From contig CAWFDF010000003.1 of the NCBI GenBank assembly GCA_963814585.1, positions 64,001 through 128,000 of the forward strand: a stretch of 64,000 nt of DNA, read 5' to 3'. Below the pieces are notes generated by a model. It was not told where the DNA came from, searched no databases, and worked only from the letters and a program-made list of their open reading frames with translations. The translations under genes were made by a program, and so were the position numbers. This document shows, piece after piece, positions 28,399 through 35,564 of this stretch. Numbering within the stretch: position 1 is the first letter of the stretch; every line of letters begins with the position of its first letter. The stretch is from an uncultured delta proteobacterium. Lineage in GTDB: Bacteria; Myxococcota; Myxococcia; Myxococcales; Anaeromyxobacteraceae.

Positions 28399-28414
28399 GG
28401 GCACGCGCCGAGCA
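28399..28414 (+). promoter_or_regulatory. sigma54 (-24/-12) promoter for the otr operon
   Basis: GGGCAC-GCGCC-GAGCA (GG-N10-GC), preceded by an AT-rich stretch. Confidence 0.55.
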
Positions 28415-28476
28415 ATGCTCCTGTAGCGAGAAACGAGCCGGACCGCGGGCACTGGAATGGAACACGAGGACGAGAC

Positions 28477-29919
28477 ATGGCCGAAGGGACGACCCCCCCG
28501 AAGAAGAAGAGCGCCTGGCTGGTGGGCGCGGTGCTGCTCCTCGTCGTGCTCGGCGGCGTCTCCCTGGCGCGGGCGCTGCGGGGCGCCCCGGTCGTCGAGA
28601 CCCGCGCCGCCGGCTTCTCACGCAAGGTGCGGCCCCACTTCGATCACGCCCCGGTGATCAGCGGCCCGTTCGCGACCCCCCAGGCCGTGACGCACCGCTG
28701 CCTGGAGTGCCACCCGAAGGCGGCCGAGGTGATGAGGTCCTCGCACTTCCAGTGGCTGGGCGAGGAGGTCGAGGTGCTGGGCCACGCCGGGAAGACCCGC
28801 ATCGGCAAGAAGAACGTCATCAACAACTTCTGCATCGCCACCGCCGGCAACGAGCGGTCCTGCATGAAGTGCCACGCCGGGTACGGCTGGCTCGACGCCA
28901 GCTTCGACTTCAAGAACCCCGACAACGTCGACTGCCTGGTCTGCCACGAGGGGACCAACGGCTACGTGAAGGGCGTGGGCGGCATCCCCACCAAGGAGAC
29001 CGACCTGGTGGCCGCGGCCCGCTCGGTCGGCACGCCGCGCCGGGAGAACTGCCTCGGCTGCCACGCCTACGGCGGCGGCGGCCAGGCGGTGAAGCACGGC
29101 GACCTCGACTCCTCGCTGGCGCACCCCTTCGAGGAGGAGGACGTCCACATCGGCCGGCACCAGTTCCTCTGCGTCGACTGCCACCAGGCGCCGGACCACC
29201 AGATCCAGGGGCGGGCCTTCTCGGTCAGCGTGGAGGACTCGCACGGCGTGGCCTGCACCGACTGCCACCGCGTGCCGGAGCACCGGGACGAGCGGCTCAA
29301 CAGGCACCTGGCCGCCGTGGCCTGCCAGACCTGCCACATCCCCGACTACGCCGGGAAGATCCCCACCAAGGCCACCTGGGACTGGAGCAAGGCCGGCGAC
29401 AGGAACCGGCCCGAGGATCCGCACCGCTACCTCAAGATCAAGGGCGAGTTCTCCTACGAGCAGGACGCGCAGCCGCAGTATCGCTGGTTCAACGGCACGG
29501 TGGGGCGCTACCTGCTGGGCGACAAGATCGACCCGAAGCAGGTGACCGTCCTCAACCCGCCGCAGGGCACCATCGCCGACAAGAAGGCCCGCATCTGGCC
29601 GTTCAAGATCCACCACGCCAGGCAGCCCTATGACGCCGGCCACGACTACCTCTTCCCACCGGTCACCGGCGGGCCCGGCGGCTACTGGACCACCTTCGAC
29701 TGGGACAGCGCCTTCCGGCTGGGCGCCGCGGCGTCGAACATCGCCTACAGCGGCAAGTTCGGCTTCGCGCCGACCGACATGTACTGGCCGCTCTCCCACA
29801 TGGTGGCGCCCAAGGAGAAGGCCCTGGCCTGCACCGACTGCCACGGCGATCGCCCGCGCCTCGACTGGAAGGCGCTGGGCTACGCCGGAGACCCCATCAA
29901 GACCGGAGGCCGCCCGTGA
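28477..29919 (+). CDS. otr: octaheme tetrathionate reductase family cytochrome c
   Basis: 8 CxxCH; VINNFC...CMKCHAGYGW; ATWDWSKAG; IWPFKIH..RQPYD; YWPLSHMVAPKEKALAC. Confidence 0.9.
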   Translation: MAEGTTPPKKKSAWLVGAVLLLVVLGGVSLARALRGAPVVETRAAGFSRKVRPHFDHAPVISGPFATPQAVTHRCLECHPKAAEVMRSSHFQWLGEEVEVLGHAGKTRIGKKNVINNFCIATAGNERSCMKCHAGYGWLDASFDFKNPDNVDCLVCHEGTNGYVKGVGGIPTKETDLVAAARSVGTPRRENCLGCHAYGGGGQAVKHGDLDSSLAHPFEEEDVHIGRHQFLCVDCHQAPDHQIQGRAFSVSVEDSHGVACTDCHRVPEHRDERLNRHLAAVACQTCHIPDYAGKIPTKATWDWSKAGDRNRPEDPHRYLKIKGEFSYEQDAQPQYRWFNGTVGRYLLGDKIDPKQVTVLNPPQGTIADKKARIWPFKIHHARQPYDAGHDYLFPPVTGGPGGYWTTFDWDSAFRLGAAASNIAYSGKFGFAPTDMYWPLSHMVAPKEKALACTDCHGDRPRLDWKALGYAGDPIKTGGRP

Positions 29920-32171
29920 AGCGCCCGTCCCTCCTCCTCCTGCTGGCGCTGGCCGCCGCGCCCGGGGCCCGGGCCCAGCAGGCCGTCAACCCCATCCACC
30001 CGGTCTTCGCCCCGCTCGACGCCGCCGGCCACAAGGTCCGGGAGGCCGCCAGGGTCTCGCCCGACGCCACCTGCGGCGCCTGTCACGACGCGCCGTGGAT
30101 CGGCGCCCACACCGGCCATCCGGCCGACAAGGTGAAGGCCACCTGCGTCCAGTGCCACCTCGACGGCGGCAGGCTGGACGTACGGCCCGGCACGCTCGAC
30201 GCCGAGGGGCGGCTCACCCGCCAGGCCATCCGCATCGGCACGCCGCGCGCCGCCAACTGCGCCGGCTGCCACGGGGTGGTCTCCGACGGCTCCACCCCCG
30301 TGGTGCTGCCCGAGTCCTTCGAGGCGGCCGAGAAGGCCCCGGGGCAGTCCTTCACCATCACCCAGGGCGAAGGGGCGGTGGTGGCCCCGCAGCGGATGGC
30401 CGACTCCTTCCTGAACCTGGAGGGGAAGGCCGACCTGGCCTCACCCTGGGACGTCCACGCCGCCAAGCTGGTCGACTGCGTCGGCTGCCACCACGCCGCC
30501 AACGACCCCGGCCGGGTCGACGGCAAGCACGCCAGCCTGGTCTACCTGACCGCCGACCCGCGCCGCCCCAGCACCTCCGAGTTCCTGGTGCGCCCCGACC
30601 ATCGGCTGGCCGAGCCGTCCTGCCGCGGCTGCCACGACCCCTTCAAGGCGCACCGGTTCCTGCCCTACCGGGAGCGGCACATGGCGGTGGTGGCCTGCCA
30701 GGCCTGCCACCTCGCCTCGCCCACCGGGCCGGCCGTGGAGATGTTCGACGCCACCGTGGTCACGGCGGCCGGCACGCCGGCCATCCGGTACCGGAACGTG
30801 GAGCGCCGGCCCGGCGAGCCGCTCAACGCCGCCACCATCCGGCCCTTCCGTCCGCTCCTCGTCGAGCGGCGCGAGCGCGACGGCGTCACGCGGCTGGCCC
30901 CCGTCAACCCGGTGAGCCGCTTCCGCTGGGTCTCCGGGCCGGATCGCGTCGAGGTCCCGTGGAAGGTGGTGTCCATGGTCTTCCTGCAGGGCCAGGCCTA
31001 CGCCCCCGCCATCCTCGAGGCCTTCGACGCCGACCGCGACGGCCGGCTGGACGAGCGCGAGCTGCGCCTCGACTCCAGGTCCAAGACCGAGCTGGTGGCG
31101 AGCCGCCTCTGGGCGGCCGGCGTGGTCGAGCCGACCATCGAGGGGATGCTCGATCCCATCCCCCTGGCCCACGGCGTCCCGACGCGCGACCGGGCCCTGC
31201 GCGACTGCCAGGGCTGCCACTCCGGCGACTCCCGCCTCTCCGAGCCCTTCGTCATCGCCGGCTACCTCCCCGGCGGCACGCCCCCCCGGCCCCGGGAGGG
31301 GGCGCGCGTCGAGCTGGCCGGCCTGCTGGACCACGGCAGCGACGGGGCGCTGATCCTGTGGCGCGATCGCCAGGTGGCGCCCGGCGGCCTCCACGTGCTG
31401 GGCCACTCCAGGCAGGCCTTGACCAACACCGTCGGCTTCTTCCTCTTCGTGGCCACCTTCCTGGGCGTCGTGGCCCACGGCCTGACGCGCTGGGCGCTGC
31501 GGCGGCGCCGGGCGCCCCAGGAGGCGCACCCCTCCGGCGCCCCGTCCTACCTCTTCGGCCGCTACGAGCGGATCTGGCACTGGACCATGGCGCTGGCCGG
31601 CGTGCTGCTCATCGTCAGCGGCCTGGAGATCCACAACGCCGGCGCGCACTGGCTGCTGGACCTGCCGAAGGCGGTCTCGCTCCACAACGCCTTCGCGGTG
31701 GTGCTCATGCTGAACGCCGGCCTGGCGCTCTTCTACCACCTGACCAACCGGGCCATCCGCAACTTCATCCCGGCGCCGCACGGGCTGGCCGCCCGCGTGC
31801 TGGAGCACCTGGACTACCAGTCGCGCGGGATCTTCTTCGGCGGGCCGCACCCGGCCAACGCGCCGGGACACAAGCTCAACCCGCTGCAGCAGCTCACCTA
31901 CCTGGCGCTGCTCAACCTGCTCTTCCCGCTCCAGATCGTCACCGGCCTGCTCATCTGGGCCACCGGAACCTGGCCGGCGGTGGGCGCCGCCCTGGGCGGG
32001 CTCTCGGTGATCGCGCCGCTGCACAACGCCGGCTCGTGGCTCTTCCTCTCCTTCTTCGTGCTGCACGTCTACCTGGTCACCACCGGGCGGACCCCGACCC
32101 ACCACCTCGCCCCGATGATCACCGGCTACGGCACCCTCGAGTCCGAGGAGCCCGCGGCCGAGCGGAGCTGA
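29916..32171 (+). CDS. heptaheme OTR-like cytochrome c fused to a cytochrome b (FdnI/HydC-like) membrane domain
   Basis: Signal peptide, 7 CxxCH, EF-hand-like DADRDGRLDERE, then YERIWHW...SLHN...KLNPLQQLTY...LHN...LHVYL. Confidence 0.85.
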   Translation: MKRPSLLLLLALAAAPGARAQQAVNPIHPVFAPLDAAGHKVREAARVSPDATCGACHDAPWIGAHTGHPADKVKATCVQCHLDGGRLDVRPGTLDAEGRLTRQAIRIGTPRAANCAGCHGVVSDGSTPVVLPESFEAAEKAPGQSFTITQGEGAVVAPQRMADSFLNLEGKADLASPWDVHAAKLVDCVGCHHAANDPGRVDGKHASLVYLTADPRRPSTSEFLVRPDHRLAEPSCRGCHDPFKAHRFLPYRERHMAVVACQACHLASPTGPAVEMFDATVVTAAGTPAIRYRNVERRPGEPLNAATIRPFRPLLVERRERDGVTRLAPVNPVSRFRWVSGPDRVEVPWKVVSMVFLQGQAYAPAILEAFDADRDGRLDERELRLDSRSKTELVASRLWAAGVVEPTIEGMLDPIPLAHGVPTRDRALRDCQGCHSGDSRLSEPFVIAGYLPGGTPPRPREGARVELAGLLDHGSDGALILWRDRQVAPGGLHVLGHSRQALTNTVGFFLFVATFLGVVAHGLTRWALRRRRAPQEAHPSGAPSYLFGRYERIWHWTMALAGVLLIVSGLEIHNAGAHWLLDLPKAVSLHNAFAVVLMLNAGLALFYHLTNRAIRNFIPAPHGLAARVLEHLDYQSRGIFFGGPHPANAPGHKLNPLQQLTYLALLNLLFPLQIVTGLLIWATGTWPAVGAALGGLSVIAPLHNAGSWLFLSFFVLHVYLVTTGRTPTHHLAPMITGYGTLESEEPAAERS

Positions 32172-32173
32172 CC

Positions 32174-32698
32174 ATGGCCACCAGCAAGGAACCCCGTCCC
32201 TACCTGAACCCGTACCTGGCCGGAACGCTGCTCGGCGTGGTGCTCTTCCTCAGCTTCTACACCACCGGGGGCGGGCTGGGCGCCTCGGCGGCCCTCTCGC
32301 ACATCCAGGCCGGCGTCCTCGACTGGATCGCCCCGGCCCACGTGGACCGGACCGCCTACTTCGCCGAGATGGCCGGCGGCAGCCGCAACACCTGGGACTA
32401 CTCGGGCGTCTACATGCTGGTGGGCGCGCTGGTCGGCGGCCTGGTCTCGGGGCTCGTCAACCGGCGCGTCAAGCTGGAGCTCCGCAAGGGGCCGAGCATC
32501 TCGACGCCGACGCGGGTGGTCTTCGCCCTGCTGGGCGGGGCCATCATGGGCTACGGCGCGCGGCTGGCCCGCGGCTGCACCTCCGGCCAGGCCCTCTCCG
32601 GCGGCGCGGTGCTGTCGGTGGGCAGCTGGGCCTTCGCCCTCTCCATCTTCGCGGCCGGCTACGCCATGGCGTGGTTCGTCCGCCGCCTCTGGAACTGA
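32174..32698 (+). CDS. YeeE/YedE sulfur-compound transporter, half 1
   Basis: PYLNPYLAG, GLGAS, GGAIMGYGARLARGCTSGQALSG. Confidence 0.9.
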   Translation: MATSKEPRPYLNPYLAGTLLGVVLFLSFYTTGGGLGASAALSHIQAGVLDWIAPAHVDRTAYFAEMAGGSRNTWDYSGVYMLVGALVGGLVSGLVNRRVKLELRKGPSISTPTRVVFALLGGAIMGYGARLARGCTSGQALSGGAVLSVGSWAFALSIFAAGYAMAWFVRRLWN

Positions 32699-32710
32699 TC
32701 GGGAGACCAC

Positions 32711-34033
32711 ATGGCCCCTTACGACCTCTCCAGCCTCGCCGGCACCGTGGCCAGCGCGCTGGTCTTCGGCTCCCTCGGCTTCGGCTTCGGCCTCGCGCTC
32801 GAGCTGGGCGGCTTCGGCGACACCCGGAAGCTGGCAGCGCAGTTCTACCTGAAGGACATGACGGTGCTGAAGGTGATGTTCACGGGCATCGTGGTGGCGG
32901 CCGTGCTGGTGGCCGGCGCCACCGGCTTCGGCCTCCTCGACATGAGCCGGGTCTGGGTCAACCCGACCTATCTGTGGCCCGGCATCGTCGGCGGCCTGAT
33001 CATGGGCGTGGGCTTCGTGCTGGGCGGCTTCTGCCCCGGCACCACGCTGGTGGCCACCGCCACCCTCAAGATCGACGGCATGCTGTTCCTGCTGGGCGCG
33101 CTCGTCGGGGTCTGGCTCTTCGGCGAGACGGTGGGCAGCTACGAGACCTTCTTCATCTCCTCCAACCTGGGGCGCTTCACGCTACCCGAGTGGCTGGGCC
33201 TGCCGCTGGGCGTGACCGTGCTGCTGGTGGTGGTCATGGCGCTGCTGCTCTTCTGGGGCGGCGAGCTGGCCGAGCAGGTCTTCGGCCGCGGCCGGCGCTG
33301 GGCCGAGGTCTCGCTGCGGCCCAGCCGGCCGCTGACGCTGGTGGGGGCCGGCCTGCTGCTGGCGAGCGTGGTGGTGATGGCCAAGGGCCAGCCCACCCCG
33401 GCGCAGAAGTTCGACCTGCTCGGCCCCGAGGCGCGGCGCCCCGTGGAGGAGCGCGGCGTCTTCGTCCACCCGGCCGAGGTGGTGGCGCTCAAGGACGACG
33501 TCAGCGTGCGGGTCGACATCCTCGACCTCCGCGACGAGCACGACTTCAACCTGTTCCACCTGGGCGGGTCCCGCCGCGTCGACGCGGCGGCGCTGCTGAA
33601 GGCAGGCCAGCTCCAGGAGCTGCTGGCGCAGCCCGGCAGCGCGGTGACCTTCCTGGTCGGCACCGGGGAGGCCCAGGCCCTGGCCACCTGGAAGGAGCTC
33701 AAGGCCCAGGGCGTCGGCAACCTCTACGTCATCGAGGGCGGCATCGACCACTGGCTCGAGCTCTACCCGGCCCCCTCCTGCGTGGCCGAGCGGGTCGCGT
33801 CCAACGACGCCGGCCCGGCCGGCTGGCGCTTCGCCTACGCCACCGGCGACAACCTGCCGTCCGCCTGGCCGGAGCTGCAGAGCTCCCGCGGCTTCCGCTC
33901 GCCCTGCCAGCTGGCCGTCTCCACCGCGGAGGGGCACGAGGGCGGCCACGGGGGGGTGGCCTGGCCCACCTACCAGTTCACCCGCAAGGTGAAGCTGCAG
34001 AGCAAGGCGGCCGTGAAGGGCGGGTGCGGGTAG
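32711..34033 (+). CDS. YeeE/YedE transporter half 2 fused to a rhodanese-like domain with C-terminal GGCG
   Basis: GFGFGLALE, DMTVLKVMFTGI, GGFCPGT; ILDLRDEHDFNLFHL...LYVIEGGIDHW; ends KVKLQSKAAVKGGCG*. Confidence 0.88.
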   Translation: MAPYDLSSLAGTVASALVFGSLGFGFGLALELGGFGDTRKLAAQFYLKDMTVLKVMFTGIVVAAVLVAGATGFGLLDMSRVWVNPTYLWPGIVGGLIMGVGFVLGGFCPGTTLVATATLKIDGMLFLLGALVGVWLFGETVGSYETFFISSNLGRFTLPEWLGLPLGVTVLLVVVMALLLFWGGELAEQVFGRGRRWAEVSLRPSRPLTLVGAGLLLASVVVMAKGQPTPAQKFDLLGPEARRPVEERGVFVHPAEVVALKDDVSVRVDILDLRDEHDFNLFHLGGSRRVDAAALLKAGQLQELLAQPGSAVTFLVGTGEAQALATWKELKAQGVGNLYVIEGGIDHWLELYPAPSCVAERVASNDAGPAGWRFAYATGDNLPSAWPELQSSRGFRSPCQLAVSTAEGHEGGHGGVAWPTYQFTRKVKLQSKAAVKGGCG

Positions 34034-34120
34034 GCGCTCCGTGCCCCGGGCCCTTCGTGGCGCCACTCACCTGGCCCGGGCCCTGCTGCGGCGCACGCGG
34101 CCTGGCTGCGAGGGGCGCCG

Positions 34121-34456
34121 TCACGCCAGCAGCGCCTCGACCGCCTTGACGATGGCGCCGGATCCGATCTGGCCGCCGGTGTGGCGCGGCGCCGCCTCGG
34201 CGCCGCCGCGGAAGAAGAGGAGCGTGGGGCTGCCGAGGACGCCGAGCTCGGTGGCCAGCTCCCGGTTCCCCTGCCGGAAGACCTTCACGAAGCGGGCTCG
34301 GCCGGCCAGCGCGGCCGCCGCCGCCTCGAGGCGCGGGGCCAGCGCCTCGCAGGGTGGGCACTCGGAGGAGTAGAAGTCGACGACGACCGGCTCCCCGGCG
34401 TCGAGGACCTCGCGCTGCCAGTCAGCGGCCTGGATCTCCTTCACGTTGGCGGCCAT
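34121..34456 (-). CDS. thioredoxin family protein (atypical FYSSECPPC)
   Basis: VVVDFYSSECPPCEALAP...GVLGSPTLLFFRGG. Confidence 0.85.
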   Translation of the reverse strand: MAANVKEIQAADWQREVLDAGEPVVVDFYSSECPPCEALAPRLEAAAAALAGRARFVKVFRQGNRELATELGVLGSPTLLFFRGGAEAAPRHTGGQIGSGAIVKAVEALLA

Positions 34457-34521
34457 GGCGGCTCCGGGTACGGGGCACCGTCGCAGCCCAGGAGGCGCGG
34501 CGGGGCGGTGCGGGACAGGGT

Positions 34522-34545
34522 GCGGAGGCCCCGGAGGGCCTCCGC
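34522..34545 (-). terminator. 10-bp GC hairpin with C(UCCG)G tetraloop immediately after the Cys-rich peptide gene
   Basis: Minus strand gcggaggccc-tccg-gggcctccgc; no U-tract, so more likely a stabiliser/attenuator than an intrinsic terminator. Confidence 0.6.
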
Positions 34546-34551
34546 GGTGCT

Positions 34552-34653
34552 TCAGTCGTGGCAGCCCGAGACCAGCCGGGAGGCCTTGGCACAGCACTGC
34601 GCCACCTGCTCCGGGGCGCAGCAACCGGCCTTCACCTTCGTCAACAGCTTCAT
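34552..34653 (-). CDS. 33-aa Cys-rich peptide, candidate RiPP precursor MKLLTKVKAGCCAPEQVAQCCAKASRLVSGCHD
   Basis: AAGGAG RBS 5 nt before ATG, GC3-biased codons, TGA followed by a strong hairpin; not in the ORF track. Confidence 0.8.
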   Translation of the reverse strand: MKLLTKVKAGCCAPEQVAQCCAKASRLVSGCHD

Positions 34654-34666
34654 GGCAACTCCTTCG

Positions 34667-34849
34667 TCAAGCGGCGATCTGCTTCTCCAGCTTCGTCTTC
34701 AGCTTCCGCGCCGCATCGCAGTCCTCGCACGGCGCATCGGGCTTCCTGGCGTGCACCTGGCACGTCGCCAGGCAGTTGCCCAGCGACTGGACCATGATGC
34801 GGAGCTCCTTCGCCGAGAAGTCGATGCCGATCGCAGTGTTGGCACTCAT
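34667..34849 (-). CDS. 60-aa four-cysteine protein (CxxxC...CxxC), putative metal-binding
   Basis: GGAGG RBS; MSANTAIGIDFSAKELRIMVQSLGNCLATCQVHARKPDAPCEDCDAARKLKTKLEKQIAA. Confidence 0.72.
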   Translation of the reverse strand: MSANTAIGIDFSAKELRIMVQSLGNCLATCQVHARKPDAPCEDCDAARKLKTKLEKQIAA

Positions 34850-35017
34850 CGCGTCCCTCCGAGGCCGGCATCGTAGCGCCCGCCTGGCCACCCCCAGGGT
34901 GTTCCTTGGGGGTTGCGCCAGTTGGCCGCTCCCTCCTTCTGGGAGCCAGGAGAGGCCGCCAGGGTTCGGCCGCCGAACCGCCTGGCCCGGCCCTGGCTCC
35001 CAGGGGGCAGAGGACAC

Positions 35018-35401
35018 ATGGGATTTCTCGACAAGCTCTTCGGCCCCAGGACCCCGAGGGTCCAGCCCGTCCACGTCACCGACGAGAACTTCATCGACGA
35101 GGTGGCGCGCTCGACGCTGCCGGTGGTGCTCGACGTCTGGAGCCCGGGGTGCGGTCCCTGCGCCATGCTGGAGCCGATCGTCATGGACCTGGCCACCGAC
35201 TACCAGGGGCGGGTCCGGGTCGCCGAGATGAACGCCGCCGAGGCCGTGGAGTACGCCGCCCGGCTCGGGGTGATGGGCACTCCCACCGTCCTCTTCCTCA
35301 GAGGCGGGCGCGAGGTGCACCGGGTGGCCGGCTTCGTCGGCTCGCGCTACCTGCGCGAGGTGGTGGAGGCGGAGCTGCTGGGCGAGAGCCCGGCGGCCTG
35401 A
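35018..35401 (+). CDS. thioredoxin
   Basis: VTDENFIDEV...LDVWSPGCGPC...GVMGTPT. Confidence 0.9.
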   Translation: MGFLDKLFGPRTPRVQPVHVTDENFIDEVARSTLPVVLDVWSPGCGPCAMLEPIVMDLATDYQGRVRVAEMNAAEAVEYAARLGVMGTPTVLFLRGGREVHRVAGFVGSRYLREVVEAELLGESPAA

Positions 35402-35564
35402 GCCGCTCCGCGCTGGCGGGGAGTTGGAACCTGCCCGGTCTCCAGATGGTGGCGCCCTGCCGCGCGCCCCCAATGTCCACGAGCCGACCCGCCCGGTCCA
35501 GGCCGGTCACCAGGCCGGCGGGCTAGACTCGGGCGGCTGGCGGTCGAGCCTGGGGAGGAACCAC

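Noticed and set aside
34522..34554. UGA followed by a hairpin as a possible SECIS / selenocysteine read-through of the peptide
   Set aside because: The perfect GC stem with a UNCG loop lacks bacterial SECIS features, and the read-through sequence looks non-coding; a stabilising hairpin is simpler
34888..34913. C-tract/G-tract inverted repeat resembling a CsoR/RcnR operator between the divergent Cys-protein and thioredoxin genes
   Set aside because: Imperfect match, no such repressor in the window, and easily chance in GC-rich DNA
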